Assembly: GCA_002494135.1 (NCBI GenBank)
Contig: DLBG01000035.1
Coordinates: 10,036 to 74,035, forward strand
DNA: 64,000 nucleotides
DNA from: Lachnospiraceae bacterium UBA7027
GTDB lineage: Bacteria > Bacillota > Clostridia > Lachnospirales > Lachnospiraceae
Reading direction: 5' to 3'
The notes under the pieces were generated by a model, which worked only from the letters and a program-made list of their open reading frames with translations, searched no databases and was not told the DNA's origin. The translations under genes were made by a program, and so were the position numbers. This document shows positions 37,311 to 48,784 of the stretch, piece after piece; the first letter of the stretch is position 1; each line of letters opens with the position of its first letter.

Positions 37311-38522
37311 TTACATTTCATCCAGGCCGAAAATATCATGAATGGCATTGGCTGCCTTCTCACCGTCCTTATCGTCGATTAAAACGGTTACACGGATTTC
37401 GGAAGTGGAAATCATCTTGATGTTGATATGCTCGTTGTAGAGGCATTCGAACATCTTTGCCGCAACACCGGGGTTGCTCATCATGCCGGCACCTACGATG
37501 GAAACCTTGCATACATTCTTCTCAATCTCGATATGCTCGTAATTGAGACGTGCCTTATTGTCTTCAAGTACCTTTAATGCATCGTCGCCGAAGGACTCAT
37601 CCACGGTAAAGGAAATGTCCTTGGTGTTGTCACGTCCTACGGACTGAAGAATCATATCCACGTTTACGTTAGCCTTTGCCAGGGCATCGAATACACGGAA
37701 TGCGGTACCGGGCTTGTCCTGAAGACCTACAATTGAAATTCTCTCTGCGCTCTTATCTACGGCTACGCCGCTTACTAACATTTTCTCCACTTTTACGTCC
37801 TCCTTCACAATAGTTCCCTCTTCGTTGGTAAGAGAGGAACGAACCACCAGCTGTACGCCGTACTTCTTTGCCATTTCCACGGAGCGGTTGTGCAGTACTC
37901 CGGCACCGAGGGTTGCAAGATCCAGCATTTCGTCGTACGTAATCTCGGAAAGCTTTCTTGCCTTCTTTACGACTCTCGGATCTGCGGTATATACGCCGTC
38001 CACGTCGGTGTAGATTTCACACATGTCCGCGCGAAGCGCTGCGGCAAGGGCAACGGCCGTGGTATCGGAACCGCCGCGTCCCAGGGTGGTGTAATCATCG
38101 TATTTGTTTACGCCCTGGAAACCGGTGATGATAACAATCTTCTTCTGCTCCAGTTCGTGAATGATACGCTCGGTATCGATTCTTTTCAGTCTTGCATTTC
38201 CGTATGCGGATGTGGTGTGCATCTGTACCTGAAACGCATTTAAGGAAATGGACGGAACACCGAGTACATCCATTGCCATGCTCATAAGTGCCACGGAAGT
38301 CTGCTCGCCGGTGGTCATGAGCATATCCAGCTCTCTTCTCGACGGATTGGGATTGATGTCTCTTGCCATGGCAATGAGCTCGTCTGTCATTTTACCCATG
38401 GCGGAAAGAACTACAACCACGTCATTTCCCTTTTTGTAATCTTCGATCACTCTCCTGGCAACATTGTAAATACGTTCCTTGTTTGCCACGGAGGTGCCGC
38501 CGAACTTCTTAACAACTAACAT
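37311..38522 (-). CDS. lysC: Aspartate kinase
   Basis: KKFGGTSV, TTLGRGGSDTTA, YTDVDGVYTADPR, two ACT domains. Confidence 0.97.
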   Translation of the reverse strand: MLVVKKFGGTSVANKERIYNVARRVIEDYKKGNDVVVVLSAMGKMTDELIAMARDINPNPSRRELDMLMTTGEQTSVALMSMAMDVLGVPSISLNAFQVQMHTTSAYGNARLKRIDTERIIHELEQKKIVIITGFQGVNKYDDYTTLGRGGSDTTAVALAAALRADMCEIYTDVDGVYTADPRVVKKARKLSEITYDEMLDLATLGAGVLHNRSVEMAKKYGVQLVVRSSLTNEEGTIVKEDVKVEKMLVSGVAVDKSAERISIVGLQDKPGTAFRVFDALAKANVNVDMILQSVGRDNTKDISFTVDESFGDDALKVLEDNKARLNYEHIEIEKNVCKVSIVGAGMMSNPGVAAKMFECLYNEHINIKMISTSEIRVTVLIDDKDGEKAANAIHDIFGLDEM

Positions 38523-38581
38523 GTCGTCCTCCTAAAGTTATATTTCTCCCCATTCATTATCCTGATAAAATCGCCGTGCGC

Positions 38582-39790
38582 CTACTTCACACGGATGAAC
38601 TTGATGGCATCCGGAAGAGATGCGTACTTTTCAAGGAAATCGCCCTCTTTCATAACGGGTGTTACAAAAGCATATTCTCCTGCGATTATCTCCGCATCCA
38701 GTTCCTTTGCGTCTTCAAAAATCTTCTCAAATCCGGATGCTGCCGGATTGCCTTTCATGCGGACCAGATACTTAAATTCCAGATCGTCCTTGGAATTAAG
38801 CGTCAGTTTTTCGGCGGACCAGATTACGGAAGATGCCACTCCCTGATTCTTTGCTGCCTCAACCACGTCGCTTACCACGGCACTTGCGGTCGGAAGCTTG
38901 CCGGCACCGCGTCCGTAGAACATAACGTTGTCCACCATATTGCCGTGTACGAGAATTCCGTTGAAAACACCGTTTACGGCATAAAGCGGGTTCTCCTCAT
39001 CCAAAAGGAAGGGAGCAACCATCGCATACTTCTTCTCTCCGATTTCCTTACACATACCGAGCAGCTTGATACTGCGGTTTAAAAGACCCGCATAATCGAA
39101 GTCTTCCTTGGTGATTTTACTGATTCCTTCCGTGTAAATCTGTTCGTAATTTACGGTCTTCTGGTATTTTAAGGAAGCGAGGATGGCGATTTTACGGCAG
39201 GCATCGTAGCCTTCCACGTCTGCCTCCGGATTACGCTCCGCATAGCCCTTTTCCTGAGCCTGCTTCAAAACGTCGTCGTAATCGCAGCCTTCCCTGTCCA
39301 TTCTCGTTAACATGTAGTTCGTCGTACCGTTTAAAATACCCGTAATCTCATCGATTTCTTCCGCGGTCAGGCAGTCTAAGAGCGGACGGATGATGGGAAT
39401 ACCGCCTCCGACGCTTGCCTCGAAAAGATACATGCAGTTATGATCTTTGGCAATCTGAATCAACTCCGGTCCGTGTGCCGCAACAAGTTCCTTATTGGAC
39501 GTGCAGACGCTCTTTCCCGCCTCTAAAAGCGCTTTGGTAAAATCGTACGCGGGCTTCAGTCCTCCCATGGTCTCGCAGACAACTTTTATTTCGGGATCCG
39601 CAAGGATGGCATTGAAATCTTTTGTAATCTTTGCCTCAAAACGGTCCCCCGGGAATTCGCGGATATCCAGAATATATTTTACATTCAGTTCCTCTCCGAC
39701 TCTTGAACCGATGGTGGCTGCATTTTCAAATAAAACATCCGCTACGCCTCCGCCGACGGTACCGTATCCGAGAATTGCTACATTAATCAT
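38582..39790 (-). CDS. hom: Homoserine dehydrogenase
   Basis: LGYGTVGGG, FEASVGGGIP, GILNGTTNY, GYAERNP.ADVEG.DA.RK. Confidence 0.97.
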   Translation of the reverse strand: MINVAILGYGTVGGGVADVLFENAATIGSRVGEELNVKYILDIREFPGDRFEAKITKDFNAILADPEIKVVCETMGGLKPAYDFTKALLEAGKSVCTSNKELVAAHGPELIQIAKDHNCMYLFEASVGGGIPIIRPLLDCLTAEEIDEITGILNGTTNYMLTRMDREGCDYDDVLKQAQEKGYAERNPEADVEGYDACRKIAILASLKYQKTVNYEQIYTEGISKITKEDFDYAGLLNRSIKLLGMCKEIGEKKYAMVAPFLLDEENPLYAVNGVFNGILVHGNMVDNVMFYGRGAGKLPTASAVVSDVVEAAKNQGVASSVIWSAEKLTLNSKDDLEFKYLVRMKGNPAASGFEKIFEDAKELDAEIIAGEYAFVTPVMKEGDFLEKYASLPDAIKFIRVK

Positions 39791-39846
39791 GATAAACTCC
39801 TTATTGGTTATTTCTTTCCGGTCAAATCACCGAAGTGTTCTTCGTT

Positions 39847-40290
39847 TTACTCTCTTGCGACAATTTTAATCGAATGCACGCCCGAGAGAGATTCCATGTC
39901 CTCTACCATTTTGGCCACATCCCTCGTGGAGGGAAGAATCTGCAGGGAAATGGAAAGGGACGCCATATTGTTAATCGGAATCGACTGGTGGATGGTCAGA
40001 ACGTTCGCTCCGTACTCGGCGATAATCCCGAGCAGAATGGAAAGAATTCCGGGCTCGTCCTCCATTTCACAGGTAAAGGTCAGCGTCTTTCCTTCCGAAC
40101 TGTCATGAAAAACAAAGATGTCGTCCTTGTATTTGTAAAATGAACTCCTGGAAATTCCGGTCCGTTCCACGGCTTCCGCGACGGTCGCAACCTTGCCTGT
40201 TTCAAGCAGGGACTTGGTTTCCACCACCTTTAAAAGGACCTCGGGAACGGCTTTTTCTTTAATTACATAGTAAGAACTTCTCTCCGCCAT
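39847..40290 (-). CDS. HTH-ACT protein (PheB/ThrR-like regulator)
   Basis: GISRSSFYKYKD HTH; ANVLTIHQSIP ACT; upstream of hom. Confidence 0.9.
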   Translation of the reverse strand: MAERSSYYVIKEKAVPEVLLKVVETKSLLETGKVATVAEAVERTGISRSSFYKYKDDIFVFHDSSEGKTLTFTCEMEDEPGILSILLGIIAEYGANVLTIHQSIPINNMASLSISLQILPSTRDVAKMVEDMESLSGVHSIKIVARE

Positions 40291-40311
40291 ATATCCGCCT
40301 TTGACTTATGG

Positions 40312-40370
40312 TGTCCGCACAGCGCATACAAAAGTGTGTTTATCGCAGTATTGTCCGCGTATTACGGACA
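40312..40370. promoter_or_regulatory. Pair of TGTCCG-N7-C(G/A)(G/T)ACA sites, candidate ThrR-like operators
   Basis: TGTCCG-cgtatta-CGGACA (40352-40370) and TGTCCG-cacagcg-CATACA (40312-40330). Confidence 0.5.
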
Positions 40371-40408
40371 TATGTGCACCTGCGGGGGATATCATATCAT
40401 GTCTTCAT

Positions 40409-40437
40409 AAAAAAAGCAACCCCGCAGAGGTTGCTTT
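40409..40437 (-). terminator. Intrinsic terminator after TetR gene
   Basis: AAAGCAACC...GGTTGCTTT with a T run on minus. Confidence 0.8.
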
Positions 40438-40478
40438 CAGGTATTTCTTTTGTGTCCAATGTTTTCGTCCCCGGTATC

Positions 40479-41099
40479 CTATGCTTCCTCCACCGGTGCT
40501 TCCTGGCTCATTTTCTTCATCTGGCTTAAGAAAACTTTCACACGGCCCATATAGCTTCTTTCGTCAAAAGCTTCCTTGGCATATTCCTCTTCAAGAATAC
40601 CCTTCATTGTAAAGGAAACCGTCATATCGAAAATTCTCTCATCCACATACGGTGCAAAACCGCTGCGGTCCACGGAAGAATACGCCGTACGGATCTTCTC
40701 GCGGTACATCTCGATATACTCGCCGACCGCATCGATGGCTTCCTGTGACGTTTCCTGATCGAGACTCGATAAAAACAGCGGAACATAAGGGTAGGATCTG
40801 CGCACGAGCATTTTCACCTTCTCAATATCGAGGGTGGTGTCGAAAAAGTCCGTATTCTCTGCGGACAGTCCGGCGGAAAGTTCCATCATTACGTATTTCA
40901 CGGCATAATCCACCACAAAGGTGTAAAGACCGATTTTATTGTCAAAATAGTGGAACCACAGTCCCTTGCTGACTCCGGCTTCCTTCACCATTTCATCGGT
41001 GGATGCCCTGGCGTAACCGTTTAAGGCAAATACCTTCATGGCGCCGTTAATCATCCGGTCCTGCTTCTCTTTCTTTAAATCAAAAAATTTCTCGTTCAT
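40479..41099 (-). CDS. TetR/AcrR family regulator
   Basis: FALNGYARASTDEMVKEAGVSKGLWFHYFDNK. Confidence 0.95.
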   Translation of the reverse strand: MNEKFFDLKKEKQDRMINGAMKVFALNGYARASTDEMVKEAGVSKGLWFHYFDNKIGLYTFVVDYAVKYVMMELSAGLSAENTDFFDTTLDIEKVKMLVRRSYPYVPLFLSSLDQETSQEAIDAVGEYIEMYREKIRTAYSSVDRSGFAPYVDERIFDMTVSFTMKGILEEEYAKEAFDERSYMGRVKVFLSQMKKMSQEAPVEEA

Positions 41100-41124
41100 T
41101 GCTTTCCCTCAGTGTATCCCCTCG

Positions 41125-41174
41125 TTGACCTTGACGGTCATGTCAATCATAGCACCTAACATTCCGCTTTTCAA
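41125..41174 (-). promoter_or_regulatory. TetR promoter with downstream palindromic operator
   Basis: TTGAAA-N17-TATGAT; TGACC-N5-GGTCA at 41126-41140 overlapping TTGAC-N6-GTCAA. Confidence 0.65.
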
Positions 41175-41301
41175 TGCCTTTTCCCCACTTTTTTGCTTTC
41201 TTAGTTTAGATTTTATACTTCCATTTCCATGGCAAATGAGGTAAAATAAAAGTCGGGCATTTTATACCCGTTAAGGACGAATGAATATTTGGAGGTCGAT
41301 T

Positions 41302-41703
41302 ATGAAAAGTACAACAAAATTACTTTTGGCAGGTCTCGGAACCGCAGCAATCTGTGCAGGTGTTTATTACGTATACAAGAACAAAGACAAGTTCTTAAAG
41401 AGTGAAGAAGTCATCAATCCCGACGGAACTGCCGAAACGCGTACTTACGTGGTATTAGACGTTGACGGTGCAAAGAAGAAAGCTACCGATACCATCCAGA
41501 AGGGCAAAGAAAAAGCTCAGGATACCTGGAAAAAGGTTGAGAGCGGTGCCAAGGAAACCATTAACAAGGTGACCGGCAAGGGTAAGGAAGAGATGGAAAT
41601 CGACGCCGAGAACCTCGTTGACGGAGAAGAAATTCTCGAGGCAGCCGATGAAGTAAGCGAAGCTGTTGCAGAGACCGTAGGTCTTACTCCCGCCGAGGCA
41701 TAA
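41302..41703 (+). CDS. Hypothetical protein, N-terminal membrane anchor, acidic tail
   Basis: GGAGG RBS before MKSTTKLLLAG; hairpin terminator at about 41725-41760. Confidence 0.8.
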   Translation: MKSTTKLLLAGLGTAAICAGVYYVYKNKDKFLKSEEVINPDGTAETRTYVVLDVDGAKKKATDTIQKGKEKAQDTWKKVESGAKETINKVTGKGKEEMEIDAENLVDGEEILEAADEVSEAVAETVGLTPAEA

Positions 41704-41863
41704 TCGAAACAGACGAAATACACAGGGCCCGCCATACGGCGAGCCCATTTTTCTTTTCTTTTACGGGATAATATGATATAATATGCAGGCGCATCGGGCA
41801 AAAGCCGTAAAGTACCCCGGCCGCAAATCATCGAAAACAAATAAAGCATGCGAGGATACATCC

Positions 41864-43588
41864 ATGGATGAGAACAAAGTAAATGTTACCGCTTCCGCAG
41901 AAGGTGAAGCAAATACAGAGGAAAAGGAAGTCGTTTCCAGAAACTTTATCGAAATCGAAATTGACAAGGATCTGGCAGAAGGTGTATATGACACCGTTCA
42001 TACCCGTTTTCCTCCCGAACCCAACGGCTATCTTCATATCGGCCACGCCAAGAGTATTCTCTTAAACTACGGTCTGGCAAAGAAGTACGGCGGTAAGTTT
42101 AACATGCGTTTCGACGACACCAACCCGACGAAGGAAAAGGTGGAATTCGTCAATTCCCAGCTTGAGGACATCAAGTGGCTCGGCGCAGACTGGGAAGACA
42201 GACTCTTCTTTGCTTCCGACTACTTCCCTCAGATGTATGAAGCAGCCGTAAAATTAATCAAAAAGGGAAAAGCCTACGTTTCCGACTTAAGTGCGGATGA
42301 AATCCGCGAATACCGCGGTACCTTAACGGAAGCCGGAAAAGAAGATCCCTATGCTTCCAGAAGCATTGAAGAAAACCTCTCTTTGTTTGAAGAAATGAAA
42401 TCCGGTACCGTAGAAGACGGTGCCAGAGTTCTTCGTGCACGCATCGACATGGCATCACCGAATATGAACATGCGTGATCCCGTCATCTACCGTGTGGCTC
42501 ACATGACCCATCACAGAACCGGTGACACCTGGTGCATCTATCCGATGTATGATTTTGCACATCCCATTGAGGATGCGATTGAAGGCATCACCCACTCCAT
42601 CTGTACGCTGGAATTCGAGGATCACAGACCTTTATATGACTGGGTCGTAAGAGAACTGGAATATCCTCATCCTCCCCGTCAGATTGAATTTGCAAAGCTT
42701 TATTTAAACAATGTCGTAACCGGCAAGCGCTACATCAAGAAACTTGTGGAAGACGGTATTGCGGACGGCTGGGACGATCCCAGACTCGTATCCGTTTCCG
42801 CTCTCCGCCGCCGCGGTTACACCCCCGAATCGATTAAAATGTTCGTGGAACTCTGCGGTGTCAGCAAGGCACAGTCCGTAGCGGACATGGGCATGCTTGA
42901 ATACTGTATCCGTGAGGACCTGAAATTAAAGCGTCCCCGTATGATGGCCGTCCTCGATCCGATCAAACTCGTGATTGATAACTATCCCGAAGGACAGACC
43001 GAAATGCTGGATGCGGCAAATAACCTGGAAAACGAAGCCCTCGGTTCCAGACAGATTCCGTTCGGCCGTGAGCTTTGGATTGAACGCGAAGATTTTATGG
43101 AAGAACCGATTAAGAAATACTTCCGTCTCTTCCCCGGCAACGAAGTCCGCTTAATGAACGCCTACTTTGTAACCTGCACGGGTTGCGAGAAAGACGAAAA
43201 CGGCAATGTGACCGTTGTTCACTGCACGTACGATCCCGAAACCAAATCCGGTTCCGGTTTCAATGCAAGAAAAGTCAAAGGTACCATTCACTGGGTATAC
43301 GCTCCCACCGCAAAACAGGTGGAAGTAAGACTGTTTGAGAATATCATAGACGAAGAAAAAGGGGTCTACGATGAAGTCACCAAGGAAATCAACGTAAATC
43401 CCAATTCCAAGAAAATTATCAATGCTTTTGTGGAACCCGCCCTCGCAGAGGCAAAGGCTTATGAAAGCTTCCAGTTCGTACGTAACGGCTTCTTCTGTGT
43501 GGACTACAAAGACTCCGCAGAAGGCGCTCCCGTATTTAACCGGATTGTCAGCTTAAAGAGTTCCTTCGTTCTTCCGAAAAACAACTGA
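41864..43588 (+). CDS. glnS: Glutamine--tRNA ligase
   Basis: [43 protein letters not shown]; start at MDENK (GAGG RBS). Confidence 0.97.
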   Translation: MDENKVNVTASAEGEANTEEKEVVSRNFIEIEIDKDLAEGVYDTVHTRFPPEPNGYLHIGHAKSILLNYGLAKKYGGKFNMRFDDTNPTKEKVEFVNSQLEDIKWLGADWEDRLFFASDYFPQMYEAAVKLIKKGKAYVSDLSADEIREYRGTLTEAGKEDPYASRSIEENLSLFEEMKSGTVEDGARVLRARIDMASPNMNMRDPVIYRVAHMTHHRTGDTWCIYPMYDFAHPIEDAIEGITHSICTLEFEDHRPLYDWVVRELEYPHPPRQIEFAKLYLNNVVTGKRYIKKLVEDGIADGWDDPRLVSVSALRRRGYTPESIKMFVELCGVSKAQSVADMGMLEYCIREDLKLKRPRMMAVLDPIKLVIDNYPEGQTEMLDAANNLENEALGSRQIPFGRELWIEREDFMEEPIKKYFRLFPGNEVRLMNAYFVTCTGCEKDENGNVTVVHCTYDPETKSGSGFNARKVKGTIHWVYAPTAKQVEVRLFENIIDEEKGVYDEVTKEINVNPNSKKIINAFVEPALAEAKAYESFQFVRNGFFCVDYKDSAEGAPVFNRIVSLKSSFVLPKNN

Positions 43589-43843
43589 AATTAATTCACT
43601 CCCGGTCCGTGTACGGCTTGTTTTACAACCGGATCGGACCGGACCTTAACTTTCCGGACAGTGTCCATCCGTAATCCATGGGTAAAGTCTTGCCCTCGCT
43701 TACTTTCTTTTTGTAGTTTTCTAATGAAGTAACCGGCATTTACTATCCTTCCTTTTCCCTAAATATAAAGAAAAACCCAATATCTGATATCAGTTTACAC
43801 GTTTCTATCCAACAGATGTCCAACAAAAAACGAAAAAGGCAGA

Positions 43844-44425
43844 TTATAAATCTGCCTCCAGTACTTCGTAAATATCTTCCAGGCCCTGCTTTGTTTCCGC
43901 AGAAAAAGCAATCAGTCTGCCTTCTTTGGGCATTCCGAGACCTTCTCCCACAATCTTTAACTGCTTTTGAAGCTGGGAACGCTTGATTTTATCCGCCTTT
44001 GTTGCAATTACAATCGGTGCAAATCCCGTAGCCACAACCCAGTCGTACATCATTTTATCGTTTGCGGACGGCTCATGACGGATATCCACCAAAAGGAAAA
44101 CCTTCCGAAGAGAGCGCGAGCGTTTTAAGTAACGCTCGATCATTTTGCCCCATTTCTCCTTGGTGCTCTGCGAAACCTTCGCATAGCCGTATCCGGGCAG
44201 ATCCACCAGATAAAATGCATCATTGATGTTGTAATAATTAATGGTCTGGGTTTTCCCCGGTTCCCCGCTGACTCTCGCATAGGACTTGCGGTTCATCACC
44301 GCATTAATCAGTGAGGACTTGCCCACGTTACTTTTCCCGGCGAATGCAAATTCCGGCAGGGTATTCTCGGGCAGGGTGGACGTGATTCCCACGACCGTCT
44401 CTAAATTGACACTCTTGATTATCAT
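43844..44425 (-). CDS. yihA: Ribosome biogenesis GTPase YihA/YsxC (EngB)
   Basis: [25 protein letters not shown]. Confidence 0.97.
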   Translation of the reverse strand: MIIKSVNLETVVGITSTLPENTLPEFAFAGKSNVGKSSLINAVMNRKSYARVSGEPGKTQTINYYNINDAFYLVDLPGYGYAKVSQSTKEKWGKMIERYLKRSRSLRKVFLLVDIRHEPSANDKMMYDWVVATGFAPIVIATKADKIKRSQLQKQLKIVGEGLGMPKEGRLIAFSAETKQGLEDIYEVLEADL

Positions 44426-44428
44426 CTT

Positions 44429-44507
44429 TGCTTACCTGACTAATGCCTGTTTTAACACGTCTTCCGGCTCTGCTTATCTGACCAGTGCCTGCTTTAACAC
44501 GTCTTCC
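44429..44507. repeat. 37-bp direct repeat (42-bp period) of the lon 3' end
   Basis: tgcttacctgactaatgcctgttttaacacgtcttcc / tgcttatctgaccagtgcctgctttaacacgtcttcc. Confidence 0.9.
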
Positions 44508-46807
44508 ATCTTCTCGACCGGAATGATATCGATTCCGTCCGTAATCTCCTTATCGAACTCCTCGATATCCCGCTCGTTTCCTTCCGGAATCAGTACCGTG
44601 CGGCATCCGGCGCTCTTTGCGGCAAGAAGTTTTTCCTTAAGACCGCCGATTTCAAGCACGTTTCCGCGAAGGGTAATTTCACCGGTCATCGCAAGATCTC
44701 CGCGTACGGGAATATCCGTAACCGCCGATAAAAGGGCCGTTGCGATCGTGATTCCGGCACTCGGTCCGTCCTTCGGAACCGCGCCCTCGGGAATATGAAT
44801 ATGCACATCGTTTTCCCTGAAAACCTCCGGACCGACATGATACTTGTCCGCAACGGCACGCACATAACTGAAGGCTGCCAGACAGGATTCCTTCATAACG
44901 TCACCAAGCTGTCCCGTAAAATCAAACTCACCCTTTCCGGGCAGAATTCCAACCTCGATTTCAAGCGTCTCTCCGCCGACCGGCGTCCACGCAAGGCCTG
45001 TGGCAATACCGACTCTGGCCTTCTTTCCCTTTTTCTCGGGCTTATATTTCTTCTTTCCGAGGAACTCTTCCAAGTTTCTCTCGGTAACCGCTATCTTCTT
45101 ACTTTCACCGAGCAATAAGCTCTTGGCGGCTTTGCGGCAGATTTTGCCAAAGGACCGCTCCAGGGCACGAACACCCGCTTCCCTCGTATAGGAGGAAATA
45201 ATGGTACGAACGGCACCGTCCGTGATAGTCAGTTCGTTTTTCTTAAGACCGTTTGCTTCTAACTGTTTTATCCAGAGATGTTCCTTTGCGATATGAAACT
45301 TCTCGGTTGCCAGATAGGAATTCAGTTCGATGATTTCCATACGGTCCAGTAACGGTCTGGGAATATCCTGCGCATTGTTTGCGGTAGCGATAAAAAGCAC
45401 GCCGGATAAGTCAATCGGAAGATCCACATAGTGGTCGCGGAAGTTTACGTTCTGTTCTCCGTCAAGCACCTCCAAAAGAGCTGCCGCGGGATCTCCCTTA
45501 TAATCACTGCCGAGCTTGTCGACTTCGTCGAGAAGAATCAGCGGATTGTTTACTTTCGCATGAAGCAGAGCCTTCACCAGTCGTCCCGGCATGGCTCCCA
45601 CATAAGTTCTTCTGTGTCCGCGGATCTCCGCCTCGTCACGCACACCGCCTAAGCAGATTCTTTCATATTTGCGGTTCATGGCTCTCGCCACGGATTTTGC
45701 AATCGAAGTCTTTCCGGTTCCCGGAGGTCCAACAAGACAGAGAATCGGGGTATCGCCGCTTTGATTCCGCGCACGGACCGCAAGAAATTCCAGAATACGC
45801 TCCTTGACATCCTTCAGCCCGTAATGATCTTCATCCAGTACCGCTGCCGCATTGGAAAGATCCATATTATCTTCGGTTGCGACCTCCCACGGAATTTCCA
45901 GAAGCGTATCCACATACTGATAGGCCACCGCTGCTTCGGAGCCGGAATGCGCCACGCGCTCAAAACGGTCGATTTCTTTTCCGATGCTTTCCTTAATCTC
46001 GTCGGATGCTTTCAGCTCCTCCAGGCGTTTCCGGAATTCTTCCGCATCGGATTCCTCATCATCACCGAGTTCCTTGCGAATCACCTTCATCTGCTCACGC
46101 AGTACAAAATCTTTCTTCTGCTGCAGAGTCGCTTCGTTCACCTCCTGAATCAGTTTCTCGTTCAGTTCATAGCGAACTTTTGCCACCTGCAGTTCTCTCG
46201 TAAATTCACGGTAGAGACACTCAAAAAGAAGTTCCTCCGTTTCCTGCATCAGAAAGGACATGCGCTCGATTGCCTGGAAGGGAATTTTAGCCATTAAAAG
46301 TCGCATGAAGGCATAAAGTTCCGTTGCGCTTCTTGCATAATCCAAAAGCGTCTTCGGAAGCGTTTTCTGATAAATGACATACTCTCCCAGAAGCTCGGAT
46401 AACATACGGATTCTGGCCTCTTCCTCGTCCGGCGAATATTCGGCGCGTTCAATCGGCTTTTCGTTTACCGCAGCCATCACAACGCCGTTCGGCTGTTTGC
46501 GGATTTCTCGGAAAACCACACGTTCAAGGCCTTCGAGCAGAATTCTCACATTTCCGTCCGGCATTACAACTTTCTGCTTAATCAGGGTTTCCGCACCCAC
46601 GGGAAAAACAGACTCCGGTCCCTCAAGGGAACTTAAGCCTTCTCTCATGGTGGCAAGAACCAGATGGCCGCCACTGCTTAACAGATTAATTAAGGCTTCC
46701 GACGCATCGCCTTTTTTCAGGTCGATGTGGCCTACCATCCCGGGCAGAACCACCATCCCCTGCATAGCGATTATGGGAAGCCTTTTTAATTCGGATAAAT
46801 CACTCAT
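44474..46807 (-). CDS. lon: Lon (endopeptidase La)
   Basis: [30 protein letters not shown]. Confidence 0.97.
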   Translation of the reverse strand: MSDLSELKRLPIIAMQGMVVLPGMVGHIDLKKGDASEALINLLSSGGHLVLATMREGLSSLEGPESVFPVGAETLIKQKVVMPDGNVRILLEGLERVVFREIRKQPNGVVMAAVNEKPIERAEYSPDEEEARIRMLSELLGEYVIYQKTLPKTLLDYARSATELYAFMRLLMAKIPFQAIERMSFLMQETEELLFECLYREFTRELQVAKVRYELNEKLIQEVNEATLQQKKDFVLREQMKVIRKELGDDEESDAEEFRKRLEELKASDEIKESIGKEIDRFERVAHSGSEAAVAYQYVDTLLEIPWEVATEDNMDLSNAAAVLDEDHYGLKDVKERILEFLAVRARNQSGDTPILCLVGPPGTGKTSIAKSVARAMNRKYERICLGGVRDEAEIRGHRRTYVGAMPGRLVKALLHAKVNNPLILLDEVDKLGSDYKGDPAAALLEVLDGEQNVNFRDHYVDLPIDLSGVLFIATANNAQDIPRPLLDRMEIIELNSYLATEKFHIAKEHLWIKQLEANGLKKNELTITDGAVRTIISSYTREAGVRALERSFGKICRKAAKSLLLGESKKIAVTERNLEEFLGKKKYKPEKKGKKARVGIATGLAWTPVGGETLEIEVGILPGKGEFDFTGQLGDVMKESCLAAFSYVRAVADKYHVGPEVFRENDVHIHIPEGAVPKDGPSAGITIATALLSAVTDIPVRGDLAMTGEITLRGNVLEIGGLKEKLLAAKSAGCRTVLIPEGNERDIEEFDKEITDGIDIIPVEKMEDVLKQALVR

Positions 46808-46822
46808 ATAATAGTTTACCCT

Positions 46823-48103
46823 TTATGCACGTTTTTTTGTCTTTTTACTCTCTTCAAACCGGATTACCTCGGGCTTGGTTTTGCCAAGTACGGAATCCCT
46901 GGTAATGATGACTTTCTGAATGGTCTCGTCAGAGGGAATTTCATACATGACATCCATCATAACCTTTTCCATGATGGAGCGGATTCCTCTCGCACCGGTC
47001 TTTCTCTCGTATGCTTCCGATGCAATTTCGCGGATTGCATCCTCCTCGAACTCAAGTTCAACACCGTCGAGTTCAAAGAGTTTCTTATACTGCTTCACCA
47101 TTGCATTCTTCGGTTCTTTGATGATACGCACCAAAGCATCCACGTCGAGACCCTCGAGGGATACGTTTACCGGCACACGGCCGATGAATTCGGGGATCAG
47201 ACCGAATTTGATAAAATCCTGCGGAGCCACTTCTTTTAAAAGTTCTCCCAGTGCCTTGTCGGAATTCTTTGCAAGAATGGAATTAAAACCGATGGATTTC
47301 TGATTCAGTCTTGCTTCAATAATTTTCTCCAAACCGTCAAACGCACCGCCGCAGATAAACAGAATGTTCGTGGTGTCGATGGGAATCAGTTCCTGCTGGG
47401 GATGCTTTCTTCCTCCCTGTGGAGGTACGGATGCGTTGGTTCCCTCGATGATTTTTAAAAGTGCCTGCTGAACGCCTTCGCCGGATACGTCACGGGTAAT
47501 GGATACGTTCTCGCTCTTCTTGGTGATTTTATCAATTTCGTCGATATATACGATGCCGTATTCCGCGCGGTCCACATCATAGTCTGCCGCCTGAATCAGC
47601 TTTAAGAGAATATTCTCGACATCTTCACCGACATAGCCTGCCTCGGTCAGTGTCGTTGCGTCTGCAATGGCAAACGGCACGTTGATGATTTTCGCCAGGG
47701 TCTGTGCAAGATACGTCTTGCCGGATCCGGTAGGTCCGACCATGATAATGTTGCTTTTCTGAAGCTCCACATCAAGATCTTCCGGTGCCATAACGCGCTT
47801 GTAGTGGTTATATACCGCAACGGATAAAACCTTCTTGGCCTCTTCCTGTCCGATTACGTATTCATCCAGGAATTCCTTGATTTCCACGGGTTTTAAAAGG
47901 TTAATTTCCTTCTCGTCGTCGAAATCGTTGTCCTCCTCATCGCCCGAACGGTAATACTTCTGCTCGCCGACAATCTGGGAACACATATCCACGCATTCAT
48001 CGCAGATAAACAGTCCGTCGGGTCCGGCAATCATTTTATTTACCTGACTCTGGGTACGACCGCAGAAGGAACATCTGATTTCGTCCTTATCCTTTTTTGC
48101 CAT
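46823..48103 (-). CDS. clpX: ClpX ATPase
   Basis: CSFCG zinc finger, [21 protein letters not shown] loop. Confidence 0.98.
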   Translation of the reverse strand: MAKKDKDEIRCSFCGRTQSQVNKMIAGPDGLFICDECVDMCSQIVGEQKYYRSGDEEDNDFDDEKEINLLKPVEIKEFLDEYVIGQEEAKKVLSVAVYNHYKRVMAPEDLDVELQKSNIIMVGPTGSGKTYLAQTLAKIINVPFAIADATTLTEAGYVGEDVENILLKLIQAADYDVDRAEYGIVYIDEIDKITKKSENVSITRDVSGEGVQQALLKIIEGTNASVPPQGGRKHPQQELIPIDTTNILFICGGAFDGLEKIIEARLNQKSIGFNSILAKNSDKALGELLKEVAPQDFIKFGLIPEFIGRVPVNVSLEGLDVDALVRIIKEPKNAMVKQYKKLFELDGVELEFEEDAIREIASEAYERKTGARGIRSIMEKVMMDVMYEIPSDETIQKVIITRDSVLGKTKPEVIRFEESKKTKKRA

Positions 48104-48118
48104 GTTTCAAACCTTTCT

Positions 48119-48706
48119 TTATTTCTCGCGACTTACAATAACGTTGTCGATTAAGCCGTATTCTTTGGCTTTCTCAGCGCTCATCCAGTTGTCACGATCG
48201 GTATCCGCCGCAATTACCTCATAAGGCTGTCCGGTCTTCTCGGCAAGAATTTTATTGAGTTTCTCCTTCGTCTGAAGGATGTGCTTTGCGGCAATTTCGA
48301 TTTCCGTTGCCTGACCCTGCGCTCCGCCGAGAGGCTGATGAATCATGATTTCCGCATTGGGAAGAGCCATTCTCTTTCCCTTGGTACCGCCTGCAAGTAA
48401 AAATGCGCCCATGGATGCCGCCATACCGATACAGATGGTGGAAACGTCGCATTTAATGTACTGCATGGTATCATAGATTGCCATGCCGGCCGTTACCGAA
48501 CCGCCGGGGCTGTTGATGTAAAGCTGAATATCCTTGTCGGGATCCTCCGCTTCCAAAAACAGAAGCTGTGCAACGACAAGGCTTGCGGAAAGATCCGTTA
48601 CTTCCTCACCGAGGAAAATAATACGGTCTTTCAAAAGTCTGGAATAAATATCATAGGACCGCTCTCCGCGGCTGGTCTGTTCAATGACATAAGGTACTAA
48701 ACTCAT
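48119..48706 (-). CDS. clpP: ClpP protease
   Basis: [25 protein letters not shown]. Confidence 0.98.
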   Translation of the reverse strand: MSLVPYVIEQTSRGERSYDIYSRLLKDRIIFLGEEVTDLSASLVVAQLLFLEAEDPDKDIQLYINSPGGSVTAGMAIYDTMQYIKCDVSTICIGMAASMGAFLLAGGTKGKRMALPNAEIMIHQPLGGAQGQATEIEIAAKHILQTKEKLNKILAEKTGQPYEVIAADTDRDNWMSAEKAKEYGLIDNVIVSREK

Positions 48707-48784
48707 AATTGCCTCCCCTCTCTATAACGCATACGAGCCGGCAGGGAAGCCGGCTGTATGACAGATTCGTTTCAATTCATCGGA

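Noticed and set aside
38523-38581. Lysine riboswitch or T-box before lysC/hom
   Set aside because: Intergenic gaps are under 60 bp and no such motif is visible
41864-43588. GlnRS in a Firmicute
   Set aside because: Known to be common in Clostridia
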